Shown here: positions 1 to 15,730 of the stretch, piece after piece
Position numbering within the stretch: position 1 is the stretch's first letter
Layout of the letters: each line of letters begins with the position of its first letter
Source: the human T2T-CHM13v2.0 reference genome, Homo sapiens
NCBI RefSeq assembly: GCF_009914755.1
Contig: NC_060947.1
Direction: 5' to 3' (one strand)
Length of the DNA stretch: 64,000 bases
Made by a program: the position numbers and the translations under genes
Notes under the pieces: generated by a model
The model's database searches: none
The model's input: the letters and a program-made list of their open reading frames with translations, nothing else
Told to the model about the DNA's origin: nothing

Positions 1-39
1 ATTGGGAAAATCACACTTGACTCTAAAGAAACAGGTAAA

Positions 40-310
40 TACTCTGTTAAGAAGAGAAAGCTGAAGAAGATAGGAAAGGAAGCAAAATTTCTATTGGCCT
101 AGTAGGAGCAAGGACTAAAAGCCAGACATGGGCCATGTCTGGAAAAGAGTGAACAATCCCATGTGACTAGAGCAAGGGTGAATGCAGAATGAGGATGGAA
201 GACTAATGCTGGGGATTGCAAACATCTGAGGAAGACTCACAATGCCAGTTGGAGGAATGTTCAGGTATTCAGTGGGTCAGGGGAGCTGCTGAATGGTTAG
301 AACTGAAGAA
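40..310 (-). mobile_element. Degraded LINE L2 fragment
   Basis: Purine-rich sequence resembling the antisense L2 3' region; by eye only. Confidence 0.4.
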
Positions 311-456
311 GAATGTTGCAATGCATTGCAGAAATATGTTTGCATACACATTACAGAGATTGTTACTAACTTGGTAGAAGGTGATCAAAGGCTCACCCCA
401 CACAGCAGAAACCAAGTTTTGAGACTTATCCTCAGGTGTGATTCCATCCTATGTAG

Positions 457-665
457 CAGCACTGCCCAACAGAACTTTCTGTGATGATCAAGAATCTGCG
501 TATCTGTACTGTCCAATATGGTGGCCAAATGGGATTACTGACCACTTCACATGGGGCCAGTGAGACTGAGAAATTAATTTTAATTTTATCTAATTTTAAC
601 GTATTTAAATATAAATATAAACACCTTAGGTTGCTGCTACTGATTACTGTATTAGACAGAAGATA
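457..665. mobile_element. MER3 (hAT-Charlie MITE)
   Basis: CACTGCCCAACAGAACTTTCTGTGATGAT...GTGAGACTGAGAAATTAATTTTAATTTTAT resembles the MER3 consensus. Confidence 0.75.
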
Positions 666-3600
666 CAGCTATATAAGGATGTAGCATGAAAAGAAAAAAG
701 CTTGTAAAACATGTTAAATAATATAAGATTTTGGTCCATTGAGGTCCAGAACTTTCTCCTATTTCCATTTCCAATACACTATCAGGTTAATTATCAGAAA
801 ATTTCTGCCTCATTATGAAACTGGATGTTTAGAACATTGTCAAGGATACCCTAAAGGGTATTATGGACCAAGAGTCTAAGGTCTAATCTAATTTAACAAA
901 TCCCCAGTTTCTGTTTTCCTGTCTGTTACAGTCACTTGACCGATTTTAATTGAATGTTCTCGTGTAGTGTTTATCAAATACCTTCAACCTTTTAAAACGC
1001 TTTGCTCAGTGGCAGCTCATTTTTGAGGGTGGATTTCTTTTGGTGGCTGAGAGAAAAGCAACTCCAAAGACTCATTTCGTGCTCGGAGATTCGTGCAGCT
1101 ATAATTGATTTAGGTGTTGGGCAAAACAGTCAAGGTGAGAAAACACATGCACAAACAGAAGTCATTACTGTAAATGAGAGGAAATATCTTCCTTGAAATA
1201 CTGTAGACAAGAACAGAAAAAAACAGAAGTACTTTTCAAGGAAAATTGGATCAGATCAAGAAATTCTTAATAGCTAAGTGAAGTCTTTCAAAATTATGCT
1301 CATAGCAGTGAACTGAACTATTATTAATAGTCTTTGAGATGAGAGTGAAAGTGATGGCTAATGGATCCAGAGATGGATTTGACTCCTTTTGTCTCCAAAT
1401 TCCACTCTTTATTGGCTTTGAGGCACCTTAATGAAGCCCAAGGTCTAGAGAAAACAGAGTTGAAAAAAAAAGTGTGCCTTAAATTAGATTAAATGGCCTC
1501 AATGCTATGGTGGAATAATACAACAATTCCTATTCTCATCACAGTTACCCAAAATAGAGAAGGAACTGACAAAGGCCACTTGAAGATGGTAAAACAAACA
1601 AACATGCAACAACAAAAACCCGGCAACGTGGTTTGTGGATGAAAACCCAAAAGTATCCAATTGCAGTTTGAGACGTGTTTGGGTTAGGTTGGCATTTGAT
1701 TTCCAGGTGAAAAAAATAAAAGGAATTAAGCTCTTATAGATCAAATGAGAATGAGAATTTTTTGCCAAAACTACTTTGCTATATCAACAAAAATTTAAAT
1801 ATCTCCCAAACAGAGAACACTACAAACAAAGAACAACCCATCCATTTCTAATTCTAATTTAATTCTATCACAAATGGGAACTGAACTCTGATATATGGGG
1901 TTTATATTTGGGATATGTGTTTAAGCTAATGGAAGAGCTTTGACAGGAACAAATTGTGAATTCAGTTCTATATTAATCTTAGAGCTTCAGTTAGTTATAT
2001 AACAGCTCCTTCTCCCAGAAGCATATTAAGAAAAAGGAACACTCGGAATGTTTCAGTGTACTTTAAATGAAAATATAATTTTGCTATTTCCACTCATTTA
2101 GTCTTGGTGCTTTGTGGTACTCAGAAAAAAAGATTATTATTTTTTCCTTTGGAAACTTTTTTAAAATGTTGACTTTTGTTGATGAAATTCTGAGAATATA
2201 GTCGTCGGTTGCATTGCCTGCTAGAGAGATAACAGGAACATTTCAAGACTTAATGCACACACTGTGTCAGAAAAAAGAAAGGCTGTCTCATTGTGTGGTT
2301 CTGCTTAAGCAGCTAAGACACTTTCCTTAGAATACATCATGCAACGTCTTATTCTCGTTAGCCTGAATGGGTCTCATGACATTCTGGAACCAATTGCTTT
2401 CAAAGGCAGTAGACCCAGACTTCTTCAGTTGCTTTTAAGACTTTTTAGATGTCTAGTGCATGTGGAGAATGACATCTGTGTGGCCCACTGTGGCAATCTC
2501 CAGAGATAGTTCCCAACCTCTAGCCAAAAAACCCGGAGCATCTGGCTACCCATTGCCCCTCCCAGCTGAAATCCTGGCCCGCACCAGTCCTTTTTCTGAT
2601 TAGACTCATGGGTAAGCCCAGGATCTCATGCACTTCCCCTGAAGTCCAGGGCTGAATGGAGCAAGGGTAGATATCACTGAACACACAGAAGAAATGGGGT
2701 CAGTGGGAGAACAGCAGGGAAGTGAAGGGTAGGTGACAGAGTATCCATTAAATGGTTTTCCTTAGGGACTCCCTGATTTCTTTTTTCTCCCACAGTCCAA
2801 ATATTATCTTTTTTCACACAAAATATAATTATGCAAATATAATTTCCTTTGCAATATTAGCTACTGTCTATATCTTACTAAAATGCATCCAGCTAAAACA
2901 ACATCATTTTGTACATAATGTGGCTGGCATCTATAAAGAAGGGAGTGAGGAAGGAGAAGGAGTAGGAAGATGGCGAGTGAAAGTGCTGCTATCTTTGGGA
3001 ATTTGGTTGACAAACATTCACTAACATTATCTATAAACCATAGGACATTTAATATTTAAAGACATATTGGAAAGGATAGTGCTTGTGAGTTGCTATCCTG
3101 TAAGACACTTTCAGTTATTTGAGTCATTTACGACTGCAAAACATTTGAGGATTTCTACTTTGTTCAAATGCATTATTGTCCTACTATGAAAGTGCCTGGT
3201 GACCACAATGTCTTGGAATTGAGAATGTTTTACTTCTTTAGGGAGCCTGATACCTAACTCTGCCTGAAATGTAACAGAATTCTTCTTAGTTTATAAGGAA
3301 ACATAATACCCCAATGTTCTTAAGTAATATCATCATTAACATGTGTATTAAAACATACTGAATGTTTTCTTATGCAACAGTAGATAACAACATAATTGTT
3401 CTACCTGGATACTGGATTATATCAGCACATGTTATAAACAGATCATTTTCTAGAAACACAAAAAGGTTTGAGATGAACTTCAGTGCCCCTACTTTAATCA
3501 GCAGGGACCAAAATTGCCTTACTTCAAACTCTTGAAATCTAGTAAAAATGGCTACTCGTGTGCTTAGAGAGTTATTTGTTCTAGATTTAATCTTACAGCT

Positions 3601-5894
3601 ACTTAGGGGAAAAAAGTTGAACTTAAAGGTAAAATGTCACTAGATGTATTTTCTAATCATTCTCAAAGCATGACTACTCTGCTTATGTTTAGTTATCTTG
3701 AGAATAAAGTTTTAATGCTTACCTCATGTTCCCCGAAAATTCCCCATATATTTTTCTGAGATGACCATTCTGGGTGAAAAGGCATATTTCTATTTGTCTT
3801 ACAGCTAGAAAGTCAGAAATAGGCAATGGGATAATTGAAGTTGAGGTGGACAGTTGCTCCTCCAGACATCACTTTATGAAGTATAAGCCATAAAATATTA
3901 AGGTTAATCCATCAGGTGTCTACACTGCAATGCATGTCTCAGGCATAACTAAGCAGCCCCATTAATGTGAAAAATTGGCACACATCATAAACAACTGCAC
4001 AAACATAACCAGTGTCCTTTACAGCAAAGAATGTAGTTACAACACAAGATGTTGAAAATCCCATGAGGTATTAGCCGGGGGAGTTCAAGTGTTCCTCCAT
4101 GAGTGTTTCAAATGACTTTAATGGCACAGTCTTCTCAGTAACCTCTAAGCATGCATCTTATAATAAAGGATTCGAATTATTTTTCCTTTTGAGTTGAATT
4201 GGGCACATTCGTGTACATAGTCCTGGGCATGGGTGATAAAATATGAATAAAACACATTCTGTGCTCTTAAGGAGAATGCAAGTGAGAACAGAGACAGAAT
4301 ATTCATATGAAAATGAGGTGGCGATATCAGGTTGCATGTAATACTTGACAGATGGGGGGTGCCCGAAGTATCATGTAATTCAGAGCAAGCAGGCACAAGT
4401 TGGAGGGGGTAATTAAGACTTCCTGGGAGCTGAAGGGAAAGTGAGAACTCAAAGGACCCCAAGGCAGGTGGAGGAATTAGTGAGTCATGGCCTGGGAGGA
4501 GAATTTAATGATATTTTATTTTGAGATAGAAATTGGAGAAGAGAAAGTCGTCAATACCTTTTCTTTTTATGAGTGGTTTCCATGATAATTAAACTAACGT
4601 TTTACCAAAGTAGGTTTTCTACCCTGACTTCTAAATAAATAAAGGTATAAAGCAAGGGTTTGACAGGTATTTTAAGTGGTATTCCCTACCCTTGGAAAAA
4701 TGGTCTTTTGCATATTAGTTCACCTTTGCACACTGCAACAAGTAGCTCTGTGGAATCTTTCCCTGTGAGAATAGTTTCCTAAACTGATAATATCTCTGGG
4801 CTTCCAGACAACTCAAAGGCTAGAGGGGGAGGAGACTAATTATGAACAAAATTGAATTGGTTTTAAATATATTTGTAATAGATTTTCAGATGAAGATGCT
4901 TACTCAAATTACCAATAAAAAAAAAGAGTATTGGGATTTCGGAAATGTTGAGACTCAGTAGTTGACCATTTGACCCAGTAAGTGATAATAAGACTTTGGT
5001 TTATGGAGCTGCTTCGTGCAACAGGGCGTGCCTTAGTACTACTGATTAAAATGGCAAGAACCGAAGGAAAATAGGACTCGTTACAGGGACACCTAAGACC
5101 AACAATGAAATATGCCCTTTGTCTACAGAGTATGCTAATAGGATCTGGGGGCCATATTCAGAATGAGGTTTTTTGCATTGTGAATTTTTGGTATTTATAA
5201 AAGTAATCTTTTAACCCATCTTTTATCAGGTCTTCATCTATCTTCTCAATTAAGATTCTGAGGCATAGCTTGAGGTCAGTCAGTTGAAGCGGACACTCTA
5301 GTTCATTTGATAAAATGGTGCACTGAGGCATGAATCAGCCGCAATCTGCCCACAGTTCCTCATCCCCGCAAGGGAAAAGAAGGCCATTTCACGAGACTGA
5401 ATTTTTACAGGTATTTCCAAACTATGAACTCAGTGTGACCTTGGCACTTACCAGATAATTTGAACCATTATAGAAATGAGAACATGTTGTAAAAGCATAC
5501 AGAAGACAGACAAGTCATAACTTCTGCAAAAGCCAATTGCTTCATCATAGCAGCATTTTTCTCATTATTTGCTGGGATAAATAAATACTGAAGCCAGGAA
5601 TAACTCACTTATTTAAAATTGGTTAAATGGGCAAGTGCCATAACTAATAAGTCTTCCAATTAGGAGCTAGGTTGAAAGCTCTACATCATGCGCTGAAGTT
5701 AAGAAATAGAACACTGGAGTAACCTTTAGGCAAAAAATACCACTACTGCTGCTAATATTATAACATGTCTCATATTTGTCATAGCTCTGCCATTTTTGCC
5801 ATGGAGGCCACATGTTTGTGAGCAGAGGGCTGTTAGGTGTTTTTATCTCTCGTAGACTTCTGAGTTCATTGCAGGCACTGGAGCATGGGGAGGC

Positions 5895-6070
5895 TGAAGA
5901 GCAGGGAATGCCTGAGGGAGGTGAGTCACAGAGCAAACAGGTGGTACGACTGCAGGGCGGGGGCAAGGGTGCAGTAGAAATACTCATCCAATGGCAGGAC
6001 AGTTTTGTACAGGATCCTGGAATGTTTGCGAGACTGCGCGGAAACTCACTCTCCTTGCCGGCAAGAAAGC
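5895..6070. promoter_or_regulatory. Candidate enhancer/promoter-like motif cluster
   Basis: GGAATG (TEAD) at 5905 and 6019, TGAGTCA (AP-1) 5922-5928, GC box 5955-5964, CCAAT 5988-5992, GCGCGGAAA (E2F-like) 6036-6044; local GC/CpG rise in unique sequence. Confidence 0.4.
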
Positions 6071-6584
6071 TAGAATGCCCTGTCTGGGCCACACCTCAAG
6101 TCCATGCGTGCTCTTAGCTTCTGGGACCTATGCTATGATCCCTGGGAAGCCCTGGGGGCTACTACCCTGGGTTTTAGGTTATTGGTCAGGAAAGTCTAGT
6201 ACTCTGCAAGGCAGACCGATACTCATTTGAATATAAAGACCAGACACTCCCTTGAAAGAGAATGCATGTGTATTTTTTTACAGCCAGCTGTAAAACTGGA
6301 GACTCCTAGAAAAACTGGAATTCAAACAAATTTGTCTTTCTTTCAAATGCTACCTTCCTTTTAAATGAGAAGTGGTTTTGCTTGTCGCCCCCTCCTCCTC
6401 CATTAACATGCTGGGATATTTAGAAGAAATATGTAAAGATTAGCTAAAGTATCCTAATGTTTATATAGGCATACCCAGAATCCTAAAAAATTTCCTGAAT
6501 TGTATCTGAAAGTTTTCTGTGAAAATTAGAACCAGTACTTGAAATGGTGCTTGAAAATTTTCTATGGTTCTTCTAAGTCATCTT

Positions 6585-6910
6585 CGTGTAATAGAATTAC
6601 AACATAAGTCAAAATTGGATGTATCTGTATAATTTTAAAATGTCTAGTAGCCACATTGAAATAGGAAAAAGAAACTAATGAAATTATTTTTATAGTATAT
6701 TTTATTGAACCCAATATATCCCCAATATTATAATTTCAACATGCAGTCAATACAGAAATACTAATGAGATACTTTACATTCCACTTTTTAAATGTTGAGT
6801 CTTTGAGATCAGTGTGCATTTTACATTTGCAGCACATTTGGAAGTGCCACACTTCAAATTTGAATAGCCACATGTGGCTACTGGCTACTGTATACAGACA
6901 GTGTAGCTCT
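6585..6910. mobile_element. MER33 (hAT-Charlie)
   Basis: TAATTTTAAAATGTCTAGTAGCCACATT...AATAGCCACATGTGGCTACTGGCTACTGTA typical of MER33. Confidence 0.75.
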
Positions 6911-7884
6911 ACTTACAGTTGGTGTGGTTAAGCAACGTTGACAGAATGAGATTTCCTGGGCCTCCGCATCCACCGAATATCACCATTAATAGATTTGATT
7001 CTCTCTAAAATCTTAGGATTTTATACCACAGATATAGTGCTGGTCTGGAATAGCAGGTACTTACCTAAACTAACCTTAACTAGAGACCACAAGATCTTCA
7101 CCCCAAATCCCCAGTCACCTTGATCATTTCTCAGAACTACTTGGGAAGTCAAAGTTTTCAATAAACAAATGTGTACACTGAATGAATTTAACCTCAAAGA
7201 CAAAGGCTGTGGTTTAGGATGAGTTGACTTGAAGTCAGTCTTCTTCAGCATGACTTCAGGTCAGCTAAGGACAAACCACAAGGAAGCTTTTAATCCAAAC
7301 TTTGGTGCCAGCCTCCTTGCAAATAGAGTTGGCAGGGACCTAATATATTATGTAACAAATCCTCGTCTTCTTATAGATGAAAAAAACCGAGGTTTGGGAA
7401 ATGTACTCAAGTCACCTAGGACTTTGAAAAAAACATTTTTAAATAAAACAAGGTCTTCTCATCATTAGAAATATTCATTGTGATAAGATGAGGCAAAATG
7501 CATAAATAAAGTAAGGACTTCAAAGTTTACCACTATCATGCTTTCCTCCATCTTTTCAGATCTCCTTAGATTTGTATGAGACATTCCAAAATTCAGACTT
7601 TTCACTTCATGCCTATAAACAGGTTGATTACAAATTTTGGATAGGACCAAACTACATGTACTCGTGCTGTTTTGTCAGGTACAGAATTCATATATGATCA
7701 CTTTGTCCGTCTAAAATATCCAAATACTGCAGAAACATACAGAGTGAAATGGATGAATTTCCTCTCACCCGCCATCCTTCCTGGCCCAAGTCCTGTTTCC
7801 CTTTCCAAAGGCAAACATTCCCAGTTTGATGTATAACCTATGATGTTTTTCTTAAATTCATACACACATAACACTTATTTTAAA

Positions 7885-8765
7885 TAAGTATTTTATATTA
7901 GGAGAGTTTTAGATTTACAAGGCAGATGTGAAGATAACACAGAGAATTGCCACCTATTTCCTACCCCATTTCCACTATTCTTTTTGTTTTAACTTTTATT
8001 TTAGGTTCAGGGGTGTGTGTGCAGGTTTGTTACATAGGTAAACTTGTGTCATGGGGGGTTGTTGTACAGATTATTTTGCCTCCTAGGTATTAAGCCCAGT
8101 ACCCATTAGCTATTTTTCCTGATCTTCTCCCTACTCCCACCCTGCACCCTGTAGTAGGTTCCAGTGTGTGTTGTTCTCCTCTATATGTCCAACTGTTCTC
8201 ATCATTTAGCTCCCACTAAGAAGTGAGAATATGCAGCATTTGGTTTCCTGTTCCTGCATTCGTTTGCTAAGGATAATGGCCTCCAGCTCCATCCATGTCC
8301 CTACAAAGGACATGATATTGTTCTTTTTTATGGCTGCATAGTATTCCATGGTGTGTATGTACCACATTTTCTTTATCCATTCTATCGGGCATTTAGGTTG
8401 AATCTCTGTCTTTGCTATTTTGAATTTCACTATTCTTAATATCTTACATTAATATAGTATATTTTCCACCAATAATAAACCAATATGCATACGTTCTTAT
8501 TTACTGAAGTCCAAATTTGTTTTAGATTTTCCTACTTTTTTTCTAATGTATTTTATCTGGTCCAGGATAACACATTAGATGTAAGCATCATGTCTTCTTA
8601 GGATTCTCTAGACTTGTGATTGTTTCCGAGATTTTCCTTATTTTGGATGACCTTGACAGTTTTGAGAAGTACTGCATGGGTATTTTAAAGAGTTGATGTT
8701 TTTCTCATGACTAGGGTGGGGTTATGAGTTTTAGGGAGGAAGACCCCAGATGTGAAGTGCCATTT
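7885..8765 (-). mobile_element. Old L1M (L1MC/L1MD-type) 3' end, interrupted by a younger L1
   Basis: GTTTTAGATTTACAAGG...GATGACCTTGACAGTTTTGAGAAGTACTG...GGGAGGAAGACCCCAGATGTGAAGTGCCATTTT. Confidence 0.65.
7981..8425 (-). mobile_element. 5'-truncated L1PA15/16-like 3' end
   Basis: L1 3'UTR plus ORF2 C-terminus (ORF 8206..8430: WIKKMWYIHTMEYYAAIKKN); CACTATTCTT on both flanks as TSD. Confidence 0.9.
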
Positions 8766-9533
8766 TTAAAATGTGACTCTCTTTTTAATTGTTTAGCAGC
8801 AACTCATCAATTTTCTCTAATGGAAAACCGACATAAATATCACCACATAAAAACAAAGTTTTTCCTCCTGTGTGGTCTTTTTCTTCAAATATTTTTAGTC
8901 ATAATAGTGGAAAGATTATCTCAAAACATGGCAGTTAAGTTAAACTTTTTGGTGATGCTTCCAGGAATTTCTCAACCATTTTCTTCCCATGCATAAGTGA
9001 TGGCTGTCACCCTAGCTGATGTCCAGGGAGGTTTATTATGTTTCAAGCATGAGTTTGTTCCAAGCTGTTTCTAAAAAACAAACCTGTCACCGGAAGAATG
9101 GCATTTTCACTTTCCCTTCAGTGTCCCGTGTGATTGGCATCCCAACCAATGATAATGCTGACATCTACTGTTTGTACACACACCATTGATACTGACTCAC
9201 TAAATAGCCTGAGGCACCTCTTCTCAATGCCACAGGCACTTACCCTCTGAGTTAATGAAATAGGTAAAGGAGAAAAGAAAGATGGTAAGGCAGAATATAT
9301 GGTTAACAAAATTTATAATAAAGAAATCTAAGAGTACAAAAGTAAATATAAAAAAAGTATTGGGGAGAGGAAGATCAGAAACCTCACCTTTCTATAATCA
9401 TGCATCATTGGAACGTGTTTATGGAGTGTCTTAGCTCTGTGCTTCCCCTGGTGAGAGGTAAAAACTCAGTTTGGTCCACTCTACATCCCCAGAGTGATGT
9501 CTTCTGGGGAAGCCACTCCACTCTAAGATAGAG

Positions 9534-9735
9534 CAGGCTCAGTGAAGTTTTTCTGTAAAAGGCCATGGAGTAAACATTTTGAGCTTTGTGAACCACATCG
9601 CCTCTGTGTCAGCCACTCAACTCTACAGATGTAGTGTGAAAGCAGCCTGGGCAATATGCAAATGAGTGGGTGTGGGTGTGTTCTAATAAAACTTTATTTA
9701 CAAAAACAGGCAGTGGATCCATAAGCCAACCTCTG
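9534..9735. mobile_element. MER58A (hAT-Charlie)
   Basis: TTTTTCTGTAAAAGGCC...CAACTCT...GTAGTGTGAAAGCAGCC...AATAAAACTTTATTTACAAAAACAGG. Confidence 0.8.
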
Positions 9736-9867
9736 ATATAGAGACAAGAATGCTAAAAAAGAATACGTCTTTCTGGTTCAAATAGGGAAAGAAAGAAAAA
9801 AAATGACAGATTGAAAAATAAATTGAAAGAGAAAAAGACAATTATTGCCCACATCTCATTTTCGTGA

Positions 9868-10272
9868 TGTGTCAGTCCATTCTGTGTCACTATAAATAAG
9901 TACCTGAGGCTGGATAATTTATTAAGAAAAGAGGATTAATTGGGTCAGGGTGCTGCAGGCTGTACAAGCATGGCTCCAGCTTTTGCTGCTGGTGAGGCCT
10001 CAGGACACTTACAGTTATGGCGGAAGGCAAAGGAGAGCAGGCAATGTCACATGGCAAGAACGGGAGTGGGAGGGGTGGGAGGTGCCACACTCTTAAACCA
10101 CCAGATCTTGCATGAACTCAGAGCAAGAACTCACTCATTATCAGGACAGCACCAAGGCATTCATGAGGTATCCGCCCCCTTGACCCAAACACCTCCCCCC
10201 AGGCCCCATCTCCAACATTGGAGATTACATTTCAACACCAGATTTAGAGGGGACAACATCCAAACTATATCA
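9868..10272 (-). mobile_element. MSTB-type MaLR solo LTR
   Basis: TGTGTCAGTCC...ATCCAAACTATATCA termini; 5-bp TSD CGTGA/CCTGA. Confidence 0.85.
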
Positions 10273-10287
10273 CCTGATTTCTATGGT

Positions 10288-11210
<923 letters not shown>

Positions 11211-11619
11211 ATCTACCTTACAACTTTGTCATCAGAATTAAATAAAATAAACCAAATAAAATGTCCTAGCACTGAGTGTGGAAGCAGAAAGATGGCCAAA
11301 AATATTAAACATATCTCAAAATTTGCAACATTTAGAATTTTGTTTTGTATCTCTTGCCTGTATTTTTAAATTCTTGCTTATGTAAAATGTTATGTCCCCA
11401 AGTAAAGGGGAACTATGAATGTCATCAGCACTAAACCATTGACCATTCTTGATTTTGTTTTCCTCGGTAGTAGCAAAATTCAAAAATTCCATGTAGACCA
11501 AGAAAATTATGCCATTCCTTTATAAATGGGTTTAAAGCACATTGTATCTATTACACGAGGCCTCCTATGGAGTCAGACTTGCGGCTTGTTGAAGTCCAAA
11601 TATATTCATTTACTCCTTG

Positions 11620-12960
<1,341 letters not shown>

Positions 12961-14267
12961 TTCCCCTACACTGGGGTTCTCTGATCTTTTACCTGTCCAT
13001 TCCTCATCGTGGGGTGACCTTCAGGGTCCTCTTGACACACTCAACACTCCTCTCTTCCTACAATTTGGAGCAATTCAGATTGTCTTCTCTTGGAGCTCAC
13101 ACTTTGACACTGGACATACAGAGCACTCCCACCTCAAGCAACACCTGGTTTCTCCTCTGCAAAATCTTTGAGTCAAAAAAGACCCAGCAACCTCCTGAGA
13201 ATGGCAGGAGGCGGGCAGGAAATAGAGAGGGCTCACACTTTAACATCTCTATAGAGTATCTTGTCACATAGTTAGGTGAAGGAGTTTTCCTTATTAATAG
13301 TCCTGGGAAAAGATAGGTCACACTCCTGGATCAATAAAATGGCAGTGATTCAGCAACAGCTAAGGAAGCAGAAAAAATATGAGGCATTGTAGAAACATTA
13401 GCAAGCAGTTTGCACATATATTAATACTTGTTTTTTGTTTCTTTTTTATGCTAGCATAAAGCATTTATTTAATAACCTAATGTAACAATAGAATTTTTCA
13501 TCATTATATGTAAAATGATAGAGACATTTTATGATAGGAAAGAGATTGGGCCGCTGTAACGAATAAGAAAATAGCACTCAGGAAAGTGTAGATTGTTATA
13601 AATTTCCAAATTCTCAAGTCTACTGACACGCTACTTAATTTTCCCCAGTCTAAAATTCTCCAAATGCTTGGACCATCATACTAAAGGGATTCCTAATAAC
13701 CACACGGAAACTACTCTTCCCAAGCTATTACATTATTAGCCATTTGCATATCATTTTCTGCAGTCCAGATGAAGGAAGGGTTATAGTCCTCATGTCTTTG
13801 TGCCTTTCTTTTCCCAAACAGTGCCTCTCAGAGAAAACTACAGTTGACTATGGACAGGTACATTTCTTATTGTTCTAGCTCTCCCATGAAGCATAAGAGA
13901 GCAAGATGGGAAGTTATGTGTTTGAAGACTTGTTGAGAAAATAGATTTTATTTGGAAGAGGAGAAGGCCTGCCCCAGTTCAGGAGGCTCAGGAAAAGCTT
14001 TCTTGGTGATTAAGTTTTGAACCAGGACCTGGAGATGGGAAGAACCGGAACACATTCTGGTCACTAGCAAGGAAACACCCACTGTTAGGAAGTGGGTCCT
14101 AAACTGGCAGTGCCTGCTGGAAGAACAACAGGGACAGAGTGAGAACTGAGCAAGGAAAGCTTGGCAGAGCCCAATAAAAGTGTCCATGGAGATGGCAGGG
14201 AAGGCCTCGTGTTATTGAAATTCAAGACTAATTTGTCAGTTAAGGTTTGTGTTTTTGCTTTGTGGGG

Positions 14268-14574
14268 TTTTTTTTTTTTTTTTAGAAATAGGGTCTGGCT
14301 CTGTCACCCAGGCTGGAGTGGAGTTCAGTGGCACAGTTATAGCTCAATGCAGCTTCCTTGACCTCCCAGGCTCAAGCTATCCTCCCACCTCAGCCTTCTG
14401 GTAGCTGAGACTTCAGGTGTGCACCACCATGCCCAGCTAATGTTTTGATTTTTTGTAGAGAGGGGGTCTCAGTATGTTACCCAGGCTGGTCTCAAACTCC
14501 TAGGCTCAAGCAATCCTCCTGCCTTGGCCTCCCAAAGTGCTGGGATTACAGGTCTGAAGCCACTGCACCTGGCC
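14268..14574 (-). mobile_element. AluJ
   Basis: Diverged antisense Alu with J-type diagnostics (GGCTCAAGCAATCCTCC, GGGTCTCAGTATGTTACCCAGG). Confidence 0.9.
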
Positions 14575-14997
14575 AATTTTTTCTTTAACCTACCCAATAA
14601 AACAAATAGTGGGCTCCCTTGAGACACATCTTTAAAAACTAATAAAATACGCAAGACATATTACAGCATATATTTAATTTTTTGTTAACACTAGGGACAG
14701 GGGACATTGGAATGTTGTGATTGTGAAGTTTTATATACTCTAGTTTTGTTGGTTTTTTTTTTTTCCTATTTGAATTGGATTTTACACCTATGCGTCTTAC
14801 ACTGGAAACTTATCAAAGGGACACAATTCTAAGAATATCGAAATGGACAGCATTTTTAAAAAAATTAAATAATATATTTTCTTTCATTCAAAACATGAAA
14901 ATATATTATTTCAGTGTGTAATGAATGTGGATATAATAACATTAAATGGGTTATTTTACTTTTTTATTACTAAGTCTTTAAATTGAACTAGCTACAT

Positions 14998-15730
14998 TTC
15001 TTTTTTATTTTTTTCTTCAACTTTTAAGTTCTGGGGTATGTGTACAAGATGTGCAGGTTTGTTAAGTAGGTAAACGTGTGCCATGGTGGTTTGCATCACC
15101 TATCAACCCATCACCTAGGTATTAAGCCCAGCATGCATTAGCTATTCTTCCTGATGCTCTCCCTCCCCCCATTACACCGAAGACCCCAGTGTGCATTGTT
15201 CCCCACTATGTGTCCATGTGTTCTCATCATTCACCTCTCACTTCTAAGTGAGAACATGTAGTGTCTGGTTTTCTGTTCCTGCATTAGTTTGCTGAGGATG
15301 ACAGCTTCCAGCTCCATCCATGTCTCTGCAAAGGACATGGTCTAATTCCCTTTTGTAGCTGCAGAGTATTCCATGGTTTATATGTACCACATTTTCTTTA
15401 TCCAGTCTGTCATTGATGGGCATTTGGGTTGATTCCATGTCTTTGCTATTGTGCATAGTGCTACAATGAACATATGTGTGCATGTATCTTTATAATAGAA
15501 TGATTTATATTCCTTTGGGTATATACCCAGTAATAGGATTGCTGGGTCAAATGGTATTTCTGCCTCTAGATCATTGAGGAATTGCCACACTGTCTTACAC
15601 AATGGTTAACCTAGTTTACACTCCCACCAACAGTGTAAAAGCGTTCTTTTTTTCCACAACCTTGCCAGCATCTGTTGTTTTTTGACTTATAAATAATCAC
15701 CATTCTGACTGGCATGAGATGCTATCTCCT
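14998..15730 (-). mobile_element. 5'-truncated L1PA (about PA10-13) 3' end
   Basis: ORF 15378..15602 is the L1 ORF2 C-terminus (TVWQFL..EIPFDPAILLLGIYPKEYKSFYYKDTCT..WIKKMWYI) followed by 3'UTR. Confidence 0.92.

Noticed and set aside
5667-6230. Overlapping 141, 101 and 79 aa ORFs
   Set aside because: No recognisable domain or coding signature; explained by locally higher GC content
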